Assembly: GCA_963765675.1 (NCBI GenBank)
Contig: CAVXXK010000006.1
Location: 320,001-384,000 of the forward strand
Direction: 5' to 3'
DNA from: an uncultured delta proteobacterium
Lineage (GTDB): Bacteria; Desulfobacterota; Binatia; Binatales; Binataceae
Length of the DNA stretch: 64,000 nt
Shown: positions 50,454 to 60,786 of the stretch, piece by piece
How positions within the stretch are numbered: the first letter of the stretch is position 1
Layout of the letters: the number at the start of each line of letters is the position of its first letter
Position numbers and translations under genes: made by a program
Notes under the pieces: generated by a model
What the model was told of the DNA's origin: nothing
Database searches by the model: none
What the model saw: only the letters and a program-made list of their open reading frames with translations

Positions 50454-51590
50454 ATGAACCCCCCCGACGAGCATACTGACGACTCGCCCGATTCTTCCGG
50501 CGCACGCCGCGATATCCGCGACCTGCTGCTGGAGGACCTCGAGGCTGTGGTCGCAAGCCTTGGCGAGCGTCCGTATCGCGCGCGGCAGATTGCGCATTGG
50601 CTATGGCAGAAGGGCGTCGATTCGTTCGACGCGATGCGCGATCTTCCGGCCGCCCTGCGAATCGAATTGTCGGAGCGCTTCACGCTCGCTCCCGCCGCAG
50701 TCTCTATCGTCAGGCGCTCGACTGACGGCACGCGCAAGCTCCTGCTGCGGCTCGCCGACGGTGAGGAAATCGAGACCGTCATTATACCGTCGGAGGATCG
50801 CACGACGCTCTGCCTCTCGTCGCAGGCGGGATGCGCGATGGGATGCGAGTTCTGCGCGACGGCGCGGATGGGATTGCATCGCAATTTGACCACCGCCGAG
50901 ATCGCGGGACAGATTTTCGCCGCGCGGCGCGAGCTTAATCCCGACGAGCGTTTGACCAACTACGTCTTCATGGGGATGGGCGAGCCTTTGGCCAACTATC
51001 CGCGCCTTATTCGCACGCTAATTGCAATGACTGCGGCGTGGGGGATGGCGATCTCGCCGCGGCGCATCACCGTCTCGACCGTCGGGCTGGTCCCGATGAT
51101 GGAAAAACTGCTAGCCGAAATTCCGGTCAACCTGGCGGTGTCGCTGCACGCAACGACGGACGAACTTCGCGACCGGTTGGCGCCGATCAATCAACGCTAT
51201 CCTCTGGGCCAGCTGCTCGACGCGTGCCGCCGCTTGCCGCTCAAGGGCCGCAGCAGGATTACGTTCGAATACGTGATGCTGGCGGGGGTGAACGACAGCG
51301 TCGACGACGCGCGCAGGCTGGTTGCGCTGCTCGCGCCGCAGCGCGCAAAGATCAACCTGATTTTCTTCAACCCCTTCGCCGACAGCGTCCTGGAGCGCAG
51401 CCCGCGCGCTGCGGTAGAGGCCTTTCAAGCGATCCTGCATCGCGGTAACTTGACCGCTACCATCCGCGAGAGCAGGGGACTCGATATCGCGGCGGCATGC
51501 GGCCAACTCTACGCGGAGCTTCATCTCGACAAGGGCGCGAGCGCGTTCGAGGCCGGGGCTGCTGAGGCTGGGACGGAGGGGCGGGACTAG
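50454..51590 (+). CDS. rlmN: 23S rRNA/tRNA m2A methyltransferase RlmN
   Basis: CLSSQAGCAMGCEFC, MGMGEP, SLHA, IAAACGQL. Confidence 0.95.
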   Translation: MNPPDEHTDDSPDSSGARRDIRDLLLEDLEAVVASLGERPYRARQIAHWLWQKGVDSFDAMRDLPAALRIELSERFTLAPAAVSIVRRSTDGTRKLLLRLADGEEIETVIIPSEDRTTLCLSSQAGCAMGCEFCATARMGLHRNLTTAEIAGQIFAARRELNPDERLTNYVFMGMGEPLANYPRLIRTLIAMTAAWGMAISPRRITVSTVGLVPMMEKLLAEIPVNLAVSLHATTDELRDRLAPINQRYPLGQLLDACRRLPLKGRSRITFEYVMLAGVNDSVDDARRLVALLAPQRAKINLIFFNPFADSVLERSPRAAVEAFQAILHRGNLTATIRESRGLDIAAACGQLYAELHLDKGASAFEAGAAEAGTEGRD

Positions 51591-51592
51591 CG

Positions 51593-52459
51593 ATGGCGCG
51601 AAAAACACTGGGCGTAATCGGGGGTAGCGGCTTCTACAATATGCCCGGACTCGAACAGGTCGAGCAAATCGAACTCGACACGCCCTTCGGCAAACCGTCG
51701 GACCCGTACTATCGCGGCCGAATCGGCGAGATCGAAGTGGTATTTCTCGCGCGCCACGGCAAGGGTCACCGGATTTTGCCGAGCGAAATAAATTACCGCG
51801 CGAACATTTTTGGGATGAAGCAGCTCGGCGCCGAGTACCTGGTCTCGGTCAGCACGGCGGGCTCGCTCAAGGAAGATATTCATCCGGGCGAACTCGTGGT
51901 GCCCAACCAGTTCATCGATCGCACCTTCAAACGACCTTCGTCGTTTTTTGGCAACGGGATGGTGGTGCACGTGTCGCTGGCCGATCCGGTCTGCCCCGAT
52001 CTCGCGCGCGATCTCGCCGCCGCGGGACGCAGCATCGATCCAAAGCTGCACGAGGGTGGCGCCTACCTCTGCATGGAGGGGCCGCAATTCTCGACCCGTG
52101 CGGAATCAAATCTTTTTCGCATGTGGAACGCCGACGTGATCAGCATGACCGCGATGCAGGAAGCGCGGCTCGCGCGCGAGGCCGAACTTTGCTACGCGGT
52201 GCTGACGCTGGTCACCGACTATGATTGCTGGCACAAGAGCGTCGCGGCGGTCGATATCGGCGAGATCCTGCGCGTGATGCGCGCGAACGTCGAGAAGGCG
52301 CAGGCTGCCGTGGCGCGGATGGCGGCAACGCTCGCCCGACGCGAACGCACCTGCAAATGCGCAAACGCGCTGGCCGGCACGATCATTACCGATCCGGCGG
52401 TAATCCCCTCGAAGATGAAACGGGAGCTCGGGCTCCTGGTCGGCAAATATCTAAACTGA
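51593..52459 (+). CDS. mtnP: S-methyl-5'-thioadenosine phosphorylase
   Basis: IGGSG, TPFGKPS, RHG, EGPQFSTRAES, TDYDCW. Confidence 0.92.
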   Translation: MARKTLGVIGGSGFYNMPGLEQVEQIELDTPFGKPSDPYYRGRIGEIEVVFLARHGKGHRILPSEINYRANIFGMKQLGAEYLVSVSTAGSLKEDIHPGELVVPNQFIDRTFKRPSSFFGNGMVVHVSLADPVCPDLARDLAAAGRSIDPKLHEGGAYLCMEGPQFSTRAESNLFRMWNADVISMTAMQEARLAREAELCYAVLTLVTDYDCWHKSVAAVDIGEILRVMRANVEKAQAAVARMAATLARRERTCKCANALAGTIITDPAVIPSKMKRELGLLVGKYLN

Positions 52460-52479
52460 ACCGGGAGCATGCATAACAG

Positions 52480-53403
52480 ATGAGTATCGTGGTGGTCGGC
52501 TCTGTTGCCTATGATTCGCTCGAGACGCCCGGTGGCAACGCGCCCGACGTGCTGGGCGGCTCGGCGACGTATTTTTCGGTGGCGGCGCGTTTTTTCGCAC
52601 CGGTCAGTATCGTCGCGGTGGTGGGCTCCGACTTCAGGCCAGAGTCGCGCCAATTGCTCGTCGATCGGAGCATCGACTTGCGCGGGCTCGAGCAGCGTCC
52701 AGGCAAGACCTTCAGGTGGCACGGGCGCTATCACGAGGACATGAATCATCGCGATACGCTGTTGCTTGCGCTGAACGTATTTGAAACTTTTTCTCCGGTG
52801 CTGCTGCCGGACCAGCGGCGCTGCGATTATTTGTTCCTCGGCAATATTGCGCCCGAGCTGCAGGAACGCGTGCTCGCGCAGGTACAGAGTCCCAAGCTGG
52901 TGGCCGGCGACACGATGAATCACTGGATCGAGAACTTCGGCCCGGAGCTGAAGCGGCTGCTGTCGCATCTGGATATTTTGACGGTGAATGACGAAGAGGC
53001 GCGGATGCTTTCGGGCGAGCACAACCTGGTCAAAGCGGGGCGCGCGATCCTGAAGATGGGGCCGAAGACCGTGCTCGTGAAGCGCGGCGAGTACGGCGTG
53101 CTGCAATTCTCGCGCGAGGCGATGTTCGCGGTGCCGGCCTATCCACTGGAAGAGGTGATCGATCCAACCGGCGCGGGCGATACGTTCGCGGGCGCGTTCA
53201 TGGGCTACCTTGCGCGCAACGGCCGCGTCACCGAAGCCTCGCTGCGCACGGCAGTCGTTTACGGCAGCGTGCTCGCCTCGTTCGTGGTCGAAAAATTCTC
53301 GCTTGACCGCCTGCTCTCGCTGACCTGGGAAGAGATCGACAACCGCTACCGCGCGTTTATCGAACTTACCGACTCGCATCACAGCCGATGGACCTCTCAA
53401 TAG
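52480..53403 (+). CDS. PfkB family carbohydrate/nucleoside kinase
   Basis: GSVAYD, LGGSATY, DPTGAGDTFAG. Confidence 0.9.
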   Translation: MSIVVVGSVAYDSLETPGGNAPDVLGGSATYFSVAARFFAPVSIVAVVGSDFRPESRQLLVDRSIDLRGLEQRPGKTFRWHGRYHEDMNHRDTLLLALNVFETFSPVLLPDQRRCDYLFLGNIAPELQERVLAQVQSPKLVAGDTMNHWIENFGPELKRLLSHLDILTVNDEEARMLSGEHNLVKAGRAILKMGPKTVLVKRGEYGVLQFSREAMFAVPAYPLEEVIDPTGAGDTFAGAFMGYLARNGRVTEASLRTAVVYGSVLASFVVEKFSLDRLLSLTWEEIDNRYRAFIELTDSHHSRWTSQ

Positions 53404-54326
53404 TCGTCCCGCTGTATAACGAGCGCGACAATCTTGGGCCGCTGCATCACGATCTTGCGGCGGTGCTCGAGCCGCTCGGCATCTCGTACGAGATGATCTT
53501 TGTCGACGACGGCTCCGATGACGGCTCGCTCGAAGTGCTGCGCCGCGTCAAGGAATCCGACCCTCACGTTCGTGTGATCCGCCTTGCACGCAACTCGGGC
53601 CAGACCGCGGCGCTCGCCTGCGGATTTACAAACTCGAAGGGCGATATCGTGGTCGCGATCGACGGCGACGGAGAGAACGATCCGAACGATATCCCGCGCC
53701 TGCTCGAGCGCTTCAATGGTGGGTTCGATCTGGTGAGTGGATGGCGCACCGAGCGCTGGAAGGGCGCGCGCCTGACGCGGCGGCTGCCGTCGGTCGCGGC
53801 GAATTCTCTCATCTCGAAAATCACCGGCGTGCGGCTGCACGATTACGGATGCACGCTCAAGGCGTATCGCGGCGACATGGTCCGCCAACTGCGTCTCTAC
53901 GGGGAGATGCACCGCTTCGTCCCCGCGATCGCGGCGGAGCAGGGCGCGCGAATCACCGAGCTGGAAGTGGGCTTCCGCCCGCGGCGCTCCGGCGCCTCGA
54001 AGTACGGACCGGGCCGAATCCTGCGCACGTTTCTGGATCTGATCACGGTCCGATTTCTCTCCGGATACTCGACGCGCCCGATCCAGGTGTTCGGCGCGAT
54101 CGGCGTGGTGCTGGGCGGCTTGGGAACCCTATGGACCGCGTGGCTGGTGTTCGAGAAAATCATTCTGGGGCATCCGCTCGCCGATCGTCCCGCGCTGTTG
54201 CTGGCGGTCCTGCTGGTGGTGGTCGGCGTGCAGTTGGTCAGTATCGGGCTTCTGGGAGAGATGCTCGCGCGGACCTATCACGAGTCGCAGAACAAGCAGA
54301 TTTACGTGATCAAGGAAGAGTTCTAA
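53388..54326 (+). CDS. GT2 polyprenyl-phosphate glycosyltransferase (ArnC/GtrB-like)
   Basis: VPLYNE, VDDGSDD, RNSGQ, DGD, HDYGC, two C-terminal TM helices. Confidence 0.9.
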   Translation: MDLSIVVPLYNERDNLGPLHHDLAAVLEPLGISYEMIFVDDGSDDGSLEVLRRVKESDPHVRVIRLARNSGQTAALACGFTNSKGDIVVAIDGDGENDPNDIPRLLERFNGGFDLVSGWRTERWKGARLTRRLPSVAANSLISKITGVRLHDYGCTLKAYRGDMVRQLRLYGEMHRFVPAIAAEQGARITELEVGFRPRRSGASKYGPGRILRTFLDLITVRFLSGYSTRPIQVFGAIGVVLGGLGTLWTAWLVFEKIILGHPLADRPALLLAVLLVVVGVQLVSIGLLGEMLARTYHESQNKQIYVIKEEF

Positions 54327-54341
54327 GGCGAGACGATCCCT

Positions 54342-55650
54342 ATGAATATTGCAGTCATCGGCACCGGCTATGTCGGGCTGGTCAGCGGGACTTGCTACGC
54401 AGAGAGCGGCAACGAGGTGATCTGCGTCGATATCGACGCCAAGCGAATCGCCGCGTTGAACGAGGGCAAGGTTCCGATCTACGAGCCGGGCCTCGAAGAG
54501 CTGGTCCGCCGCAACAGCAAGGAAGGCCGGTTGCAGTTCACGCTCGACACCGCTGAGGCAGTCGCGCAATCGATGGTTTCGTTTATCGCGGTCGGCACGC
54601 CGATGAGCAAATCGGGCGCCGCCGATCTGAGCGGCGTGTTCAAGGCGGTCGAGGACGTCGCCAAATCAGTCACCGGCTATCACGTGATCGTGATCAAGAG
54701 CACCGTTCCGGTCGGCACCAATGAAAAAGTACGCGAGCTCCTCACGCGGATGGGAAAGCATCAGGTGGACGTCTGCTCGGTGCCGGAATTTCTGAAGGAA
54801 GGCTCGGCGGTCGAGGACTTCATGCGTCCGGACCGCGTCATAATCGGCAGCCGCAGCGACCGCGCGACCGCGATCCTGCGCGAGATTCACGCGCCGTTTG
54901 TCCGCACCGATAATCCGATCCTCGTGATGGATCCGAAATCGGCGGAGTTATCGAAGTACGCCGCCAACTCGATGCTGGCGATCAGGATCTCGTTTATCAA
55001 TCAGATCGCGAATCTGTGCGACGCGGTCGGTGCGGATATCAACGCGGTGCGGCGCGGCCTCGGCTCCGATCGGCGGATCGGCTCGCAGTTCCTGTTTCCC
55101 GGGCGTCGGTTATGGCGGCTCGTGCTTTCCCAAGGACGTGCAGGCGCTGATTCATACCGCGTCGGAGAACAAGCTGAATTTTTCACTGCTCAAGGCCGCT
55201 CAGGAGATTAACGCCGGGCAGAAACGCGTACTGCCGATTCGTGTGAAGGAGCATTTCGGCGACGACCTGACCGGAAGGACCTTCGCGATCTGGGGCCTCG
55301 CGTTCAAGCCGCGCACCGATGATATGCGCGAAGCCCCGTCGCTGGTGGTGATCGACGAACTGGTCGCGGCGGGCGCGAAGGTTCAGGTCCACGATCCCGA
55401 GTCACTCGAGAACGCGCGCGCGATGCTCGGTGCTCGCGTGAGCTACCACAAAACCAATTACGCGGCATTAAAGGGCGCCGACGCGCTCCTGATATGCACC
55501 GAATGGAACGAATTCCGCCATCCGAATTTCCAGCGGATAAAGGCCGAGCTCAAACAGCCGGTGATATTCGACGGCCGTAACCTGTATGATCCAGATCTCA
55601 TGAAAGCGCTGGATTTCAAATACTACTCGATCGGACGCTCCCCGGTCTGA
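54342..55650 (+). CDS. ugd: UDP-glucose 6-dehydrogenase; +1 frameshift near 55098-55103
   Basis: GTGYVG, KSTVPVG, PEFLKEG, KYAAN; catalytic GYGGSCFPKD lies in the next frame (ORF 55030..55650); junction TTTCCCGGGCGTC. Confidence 0.9.
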
Positions 55651-55667
55651 GTGCGGAAGACCTCACG

Positions 55668-56601
55668 ATGCGAATTCTCGTAACCGGCGGCGCGGGCTTT
55701 ATCGGGTCGCATACTGTCGATGCGCTGATCAAAGAGGGCGCAGGCGACGTCGCGATCCTCGACGATCTGTCGGCCGGCAAGCGCCATCAGGTCAATCCGA
55801 AGGCGCGGCTGCATCAGGTGGATCTTCGCGACGCGCCCGCGGTGAGAGAGGTCATCGCACGCGAGCGTCCCGAGGCGATTTACCATATGGCCGCGCAGAT
55901 GGACGTGCGGCGCTCCGTTGCGGACCCGGCCTTCGATGCGCAGGTTAATATCGTCGGATTCCTCAACCTGATTGAGGCCGCCCGCAAGCATGGACTGAAG
56001 CGCGTGATGTTTTCCTCGACCGGAGGAGCGATCTACGGCGAGCAGGATACGTTCCCCGCCGGCGAAGAGCATCCGTGCCGCCCGGTCAGTCCTTACGGAA
56101 TCGCCAAGCTATCGACCGAGGCATATCTGTTTTTCTACCGCGTGGAGTACGGAATCGATTACCTGGCGCTGCGCTACGGCAACGTCTATGGGCCGCGCCA
56201 GGATCCTCACGGCGAGGCCGGCGTGGTCGCGATTTTCAGCGGACGAATTCTCGAAGGGCAAACCGTGCACGATTTATGGCGACGGCTCGCAGACGCGCGA
56301 CTACGTTTTCGTGGGCGACGTGGTGCGCGCCAATGTCGCTGCGCTCAGTGCCAAGGCGTCCGGGATCGCGATCAATATCGGCACCGGAATTGAAACCAGC
56401 GTCAACGATCTCTACTCGAACCTTGCGTCGATAGCGGATTTTCCGACCGCCGCGGAGCATGGTCCAGCGCGGCCCGGCGAGCAGAAACGCTCGGTGATCT
56501 CGCCTGCGCGCGCGGAGAAAGAGCTCGGATGGCGTCCGACGGCGGCGCTGCGCGACGGGCTGGCCGAGACCTTCAAATACTTCAAGGCGCACAGAAAGTA
56601 G
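55668..56601 (+). CDS. NAD-dependent epimerase/dehydratase (GalE-like); +1 frameshift near 56256-56262
   Basis: TGGAGFIG, SSTGGAIYG, YGIAK, NVYGPRQ; IYGDGSQTRDYV continues in ORF 56188..56601; junction GAAGGGCAAACC. Confidence 0.88.
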
Positions 56602-56610
56602 CGGGCCTCA

Positions 56611-58413
56611 ATGACGGACCCGGCATCGATTCGCAATTTTTCGATTATCGCGCATATCGATCACGGCAAATCCACGCTTGCCGATCGATTGTTGGAGCGC
56701 ACCGGTGCGCTCACCAAGCGCGAGTTGAAGGAACAGTTCCTCGACTCGATGGACTTGGAGCGTGAGCGCGGCATCACGATCAAAGCGCGCAGCGTGCGCC
56801 TGTCCTACACTTCGCGTGCGGGCAAAACCTACGTGCTCAACCTGATCGACACTCCCGGCCACGTGGATTTCGCCTACGAGGTCTCGCGCAGCCTGGCCGC
56901 GTGCGAGGGCGCGCTGCTGGTCGTCGACGCGAGCCAGGGGGTCGAGGCGCAGACGCTGGCCAATGTTTACCTCGCGCTCGATCACGGGCTTGAAATTATC
57001 CCGGTGATCAACAAGATCGATCTGCCCGGCGCCGACGTCGAGCGAACCCGCCAGCAGATCGAGGAAGTGATCGGCCTGCCCGCCGATGACGCGATTCTAA
57101 CCAGCGCGAAAGAGGGCGTCGGCATCGACGACGTGCTCGAGGCGATCGTAGCGAGAATTCCCGCACCCAAGGCAAATCGCGACGAGCCGCTGCGCGCTCT
57201 CATCTTCGATAGCTGGTACGACAGCTACGAAGGCGTGGTCGGACTGGTGCGCGTCACCAGCGGCGAGCTTCGCCCCGAAATGAAGATCCGCCTCATGGCG
57301 ACGGGTGCGGCGGGCGAAGTGATGCGCCTGGGTCATTTCACACCGCACGAGCAATCCGCCGACATGCTCGGCCCGGGCGAGGTCGGCTACGTCGTCGCGG
57401 GAATCAAGACCGTCGCTGACATGCGCGTGGGCGACACGGTCACCGACGCGGAGCATCCGGCGGCCGAGCCGCTTCCCGGCTTCAAGGAACTCAAGCCGAT
57501 GGTCTTCGCCGGGCTCTACCCGACCGAGGCGAACCAGTATCCCGCTCTGCGCGACGCGATCGAGAAGCTGACGCTCAACGACGCGAGCCTCATCTGCGAG
57601 CCGGAATCCTCGCAGGCGCTGGGCTTCGGCTTCCGCGCCGGATTCCTCGGGTTGCTGCACATGGAGATCGCGCAGGAGCGGCTCGAGCGCGAATTCGGAA
57701 TCAACCTGATCGTCACCGCGCCCACCGTCGCCTACCAGATTCGCACGACTTCCGGTACGACCATGATGGTTGATAATCCGGCGCTGCTTCCGCCCGAGAA
57801 TTCGATCGAGGCGATCGAGGAGCCGTTCATCATCTCGTCGATTCACATGCCCGAGGAATTTTTGGGCGCGGTGATGAAGCTGTGCGAGGACCGCCGCGGC
57901 CTGCAGCGCGATCTCAAGTACCTGGGCGACAAGCGCGTTATCCTGCACTACGAGCTTCCGCTGGCGGAGATTGTGTTCGACTTCTACGACCGGCTCAAAT
58001 CGGTCAGCCGCGGCTACGCGTCGCTCGATTATGACTTTCTGGACTTCCGGTCCGGGCCTCTGGTTAAATTGGATATCAGGATCAACGGTGAGATAATCGA
58101 CGCGCTCTCGATAATTGTGCATCGCGACAAGGCCTACGAACGAGGCCGCGCGCTTTGCTCGAAGATGCGCGAGCTGATTCCGCGCCAGATGTTCGAGGTC
58201 GCGATTCAAGCCGCGATCGGCGCCAAGATTATCGCGCGGGAAACCGTAAGCGCACTGCGCAAGAACGTCACCGCGAAATGCTACGGCGGCGATATCACGC
58301 GCAAACGCAAACTCCTCGAGAAGCAGAAGGAAGGCAAAAAGCGGATGAAGCAAGTCGGCCGCGTCGAAATTCCGCAGGAGGCCTTCCTGGCCCTGCTGAA
58401 GGTCGGGGAGTAA
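56611..58413 (+). CDS. lepA: Elongation factor 4
   Basis: [34 protein letters not shown]. Confidence 0.98.
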   Translation: MTDPASIRNFSIIAHIDHGKSTLADRLLERTGALTKRELKEQFLDSMDLERERGITIKARSVRLSYTSRAGKTYVLNLIDTPGHVDFAYEVSRSLAACEGALLVVDASQGVEAQTLANVYLALDHGLEIIPVINKIDLPGADVERTRQQIEEVIGLPADDAILTSAKEGVGIDDVLEAIVARIPAPKANRDEPLRALIFDSWYDSYEGVVGLVRVTSGELRPEMKIRLMATGAAGEVMRLGHFTPHEQSADMLGPGEVGYVVAGIKTVADMRVGDTVTDAEHPAAEPLPGFKELKPMVFAGLYPTEANQYPALRDAIEKLTLNDASLICEPESSQALGFGFRAGFLGLLHMEIAQERLEREFGINLIVTAPTVAYQIRTTSGTTMMVDNPALLPPENSIEAIEEPFIISSIHMPEEFLGAVMKLCEDRRGLQRDLKYLGDKRVILHYELPLAEIVFDFYDRLKSVSRGYASLDYDFLDFRSGPLVKLDIRINGEIIDALSIIVHRDKAYERGRALCSKMRELIPRQMFEVAIQAAIGAKIIARETVSALRKNVTAKCYGGDITRKRKLLEKQKEGKKRMKQVGRVEIPQEAFLALLKVGE

Positions 58414-58418
58414 CCGCG

Positions 58419-59126
58419 GTGAGCGAACCCCTGCGCTCCGCTGAGCGCCGCGAAGTCGCCGCGAGGGCGGTTCCCGCTGCGCGAAAGTCGGTCCTGCGCG
58501 AGTACGGCGAGGCGCTCGGAATCGCGCTGCTCCTGGCGATTCTGATCCGCACTTTCTTTATCCAGGCCTACGAAATTCCGTCGGGTTCGATGGAGCCGAC
58601 GCTGCTGGTCGGCGATCATATCCTGGCCAACAAGCTGGTCTATGGTTTCCGGATGCCGGATTCGATCTTCGGCCTGACTCCCTTCGGTCTGCCTTACGGG
58701 CACTATCTCTTTCGCTTTGAGCCGATTCATCGCGGCGACGTGGTCGTGTTCGTCTATCCGCGCAACCCGAGCGAGGACTATATCAAGCGCGTAGTCGGAA
58801 TCGCGGGCGACGTTGTCCAGATCAAGGACGGCAAGGTATGGCTCAACGGCGCGCCGATGGACGATCCGCACGGGCACTTCGAAGTGCCCGACGCCGACCG
58901 CTCAACCTCGCAGGTGCGCGACTACTTCGGTCCGGTCACCGTGCCGCCGGGCAATCTGTTCATGATGGGCGATAATCGCGACGATAGCTCTGACAGCCGC
59001 TTCTGGGGCTTCGCGCCCGAGGAAAATGTCGAAGGCCGTGCGATGGTGATCTACTGGTCGTGGGACAGCGACGAGGGTGGTATCCTGCCACTGCGATGGT
59101 CGCGTTTCGGGATGCCGGTCCGGTAG
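58419..59126 (+). CDS. lepB: Signal peptidase I (copy 1)
   Basis: IPSGSMEPTL, DYIKRV, GDNRDDSSDSRFWG; GTG start after the lepA stop. Confidence 0.92.
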   Translation: MSEPLRSAERREVAARAVPAARKSVLREYGEALGIALLLAILIRTFFIQAYEIPSGSMEPTLLVGDHILANKLVYGFRMPDSIFGLTPFGLPYGHYLFRFEPIHRGDVVVFVYPRNPSEDYIKRVVGIAGDVVQIKDGKVWLNGAPMDDPHGHFEVPDADRSTSQVRDYFGPVTVPPGNLFMMGDNRDDSSDSRFWGFAPEENVEGRAMVIYWSWDSDEGGILPLRWSRFGMPVR

Positions 59127-59212
59127 GATTGCACGGCACGCGGCAGAGTCGTCAGGAAAGGCGCTGATGATTGATCAGGAATGTATCGCGGAGATGGCGG
59201 AGTAGGGTGGCG

Positions 59213-59962
59213 ATGGGCGAGCCGTTGCGTACGCTGAAGCCTTCCGCGAAGCCGTCGGGATCGTCGCGCCCGGCGCCGCCGCCGGCGCAGAAATCGATCA
59301 CCCGCGAGTACGTCGAGGCGCTCGTGATCGCGCTGCTTCTCGCGGTCGTGATCCGGACGTTTTTCGTCCAGGCCTACAAGATTCCTTCCGGATCGATGGA
59401 GCCCACGCTGCTGGTGGGCGACCACATTCTCGTCAACAAGCTTATCTACGGCTTGCGAATGCCCGATACGCTCTTCGGGATCGACATTGGGTCAGCGCCC
59501 TTCGGCAGGTACCTGTTTCGAATTGAACCGATTCATCATGGCGACGTGGTGGTGTTCGTGTTCCCACCCGACCCGACCAAAGACTTTATCAAGCGGGTGA
59601 TCGGACTTCCGGGCGACATTGTTGCGGTCAAGAATGGCAAAGTATGGCTCAACGGCGCACTGATGCCCGATCCTCACGCGCATTTCGAGGTGCCAGACGC
59701 CGAACGCTCAGCCGTCTCGCCTCGTGACAACTTTCCGCAGATCGGCACGGGAGCCGACACGCTCGGCGCGGTGACCGTTCCGCCGGGAAAGATTTTCGTG
59801 ATGGGGGATAATCGCGATCGGAGCTACGATAGCCGCTTCTGGGGTTTCGTCCCGGAAGACAATGTCGAAGGGCGCGCGATGATTATCTACTGGTCGTGGG
59901 ACTCCGATGGCAGCAGCTTTCTGCCTGTCAGATGGTCGCGCTTCGGGATGATTGTCGAATAG
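59213..59962 (+). CDS. lepB: Signal peptidase I (copy 2)
   Basis: IPSGSMEPTL, DFIKRV, GDNRDRSYDSRFWG. Confidence 0.92.
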   Translation: MGEPLRTLKPSAKPSGSSRPAPPPAQKSITREYVEALVIALLLAVVIRTFFVQAYKIPSGSMEPTLLVGDHILVNKLIYGLRMPDTLFGIDIGSAPFGRYLFRIEPIHHGDVVVFVFPPDPTKDFIKRVIGLPGDIVAVKNGKVWLNGALMPDPHAHFEVPDAERSAVSPRDNFPQIGTGADTLGAVTVPPGKIFVMGDNRDRSYDSRFWGFVPEDNVEGRAMIIYWSWDSDGSSFLPVRWSRFGMIVE

Positions 59963-59978
59963 CCGAAAGGAGCGTCGT

Positions 59979-60557
59979 GTGGCTGCTGCTGAAGATGGCG
60001 TAACAAGAATCGGCGCGATGCTTGAAGAGATGAGCGCGCGCTTCGAACTGGTAATCGAAGCGGTGTCGGGCTACGGCGGCCGTCTCGATGCGCTGCGCCA
60101 GGAGCTCTTCGCCCAATTCGCCGAGGTTGGAAGCCAGATCCGCTTTCTCTCGGATCAGATCGGCGAGAATCGGCGCGGAATCGCGACCATCCGGGCCGAC
60201 CTCGGCGCGGAGATGGTCCGCCTGGGCGAGACGCTGGGCCGCACCCGCGTCGAGTTTCGCGAACAGATCGGAGCCGCCGAGCGCGCGCTGCAGCAGGAGA
60301 TCGGCGCACGCGCCGCCGAGTCGCGCGAGCATACCACCGCCGCAACGGTCCGCGCCGCCGACGATACCGGCGCGAAACTCGGCGAAATCACGGGCACCGC
60401 CGCCAAAAAAATCACCGCCGAGCTCGCCAAGACCAACAAGGCGCTGACGAGCCTCGCGCGCAAATTCGAGCGCTTCGACGATCGAATCACGGTAGCGACC
60501 CGCGACCAGGACCAGCGCCTCCGCAAACTGGAGCAGCGCCGCAAATCCGCGGGCTGA
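59979..60557 (+). CDS. Hypothetical coiled-coil protein
   Basis: AAAGGAG RBS before GTG 59979; almost entirely heptad-like helical sequence. Confidence 0.7.
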   Translation: MAAAEDGVTRIGAMLEEMSARFELVIEAVSGYGGRLDALRQELFAQFAEVGSQIRFLSDQIGENRRGIATIRADLGAEMVRLGETLGRTRVEFREQIGAAERALQQEIGARAAESREHTTAATVRAADDTGAKLGEITGTAAKKITAELAKTNKALTSLARKFERFDDRITVATRDQDQRLRKLEQRRKSAG

Positions 60558-60661
60558 TCAGGAGGCGGTTCTTTTTCGTCATCCCCCGTGTTTTACGGGG
60601 GAGGAATAAGGAGGGGGTGCAGCGCTTGATTTTCTGAGGCGACAGCGTAATAGTAGTCCTA

Positions 60662-60692
60662 CCTTTAATCCGTTACTGAGATAGCGGGAAGG
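60662..60692 (+). promoter_or_regulatory. PyrR-binding stem-loop (pyr attenuator anti-antiterminator)
   Basis: CCTTTAAT-CCGTTA-CTGAGA-TAGCGG-GAAGG: CUUUAA 5' element, CNGNGA hexaloop, AAGG closing strand; upstream of pyrR. Confidence 0.8.
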
Positions 60693-60724
60693 TTAACATG
60701 ATGAATTTCCCTAGCTTTGGCGTA

Positions 60725-60755
60725 CCCGGCTGCATCTGCGGTCGGGATTTTTTTT
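60725..60755 (+). terminator. Intrinsic terminator (attenuator) in the pyrR leader
   Basis: CCCGGCTGCATCTGCGGTCGGG hairpin followed by A and a T8 run. Confidence 0.8.
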
Positions 60756-60786
60756 CGCTCCGAGCGCTTCCGGCAGGGCTCTCACG

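Noticed and set aside
58155-58418. Extended N-terminus of lepB copy 1 overlapping lepA
   Set aside because: A 259-bp overlap with the conserved lepA C-terminus; GTG 58419 matches the start region of the paralogue
60578-60620. CCCCCGT..ACGGGGGAGG..AGGAGGGGG hairpin, a possible third REP type
   Set aside because: Single copy in the window; cannot be distinguished from a simple terminator-like stem
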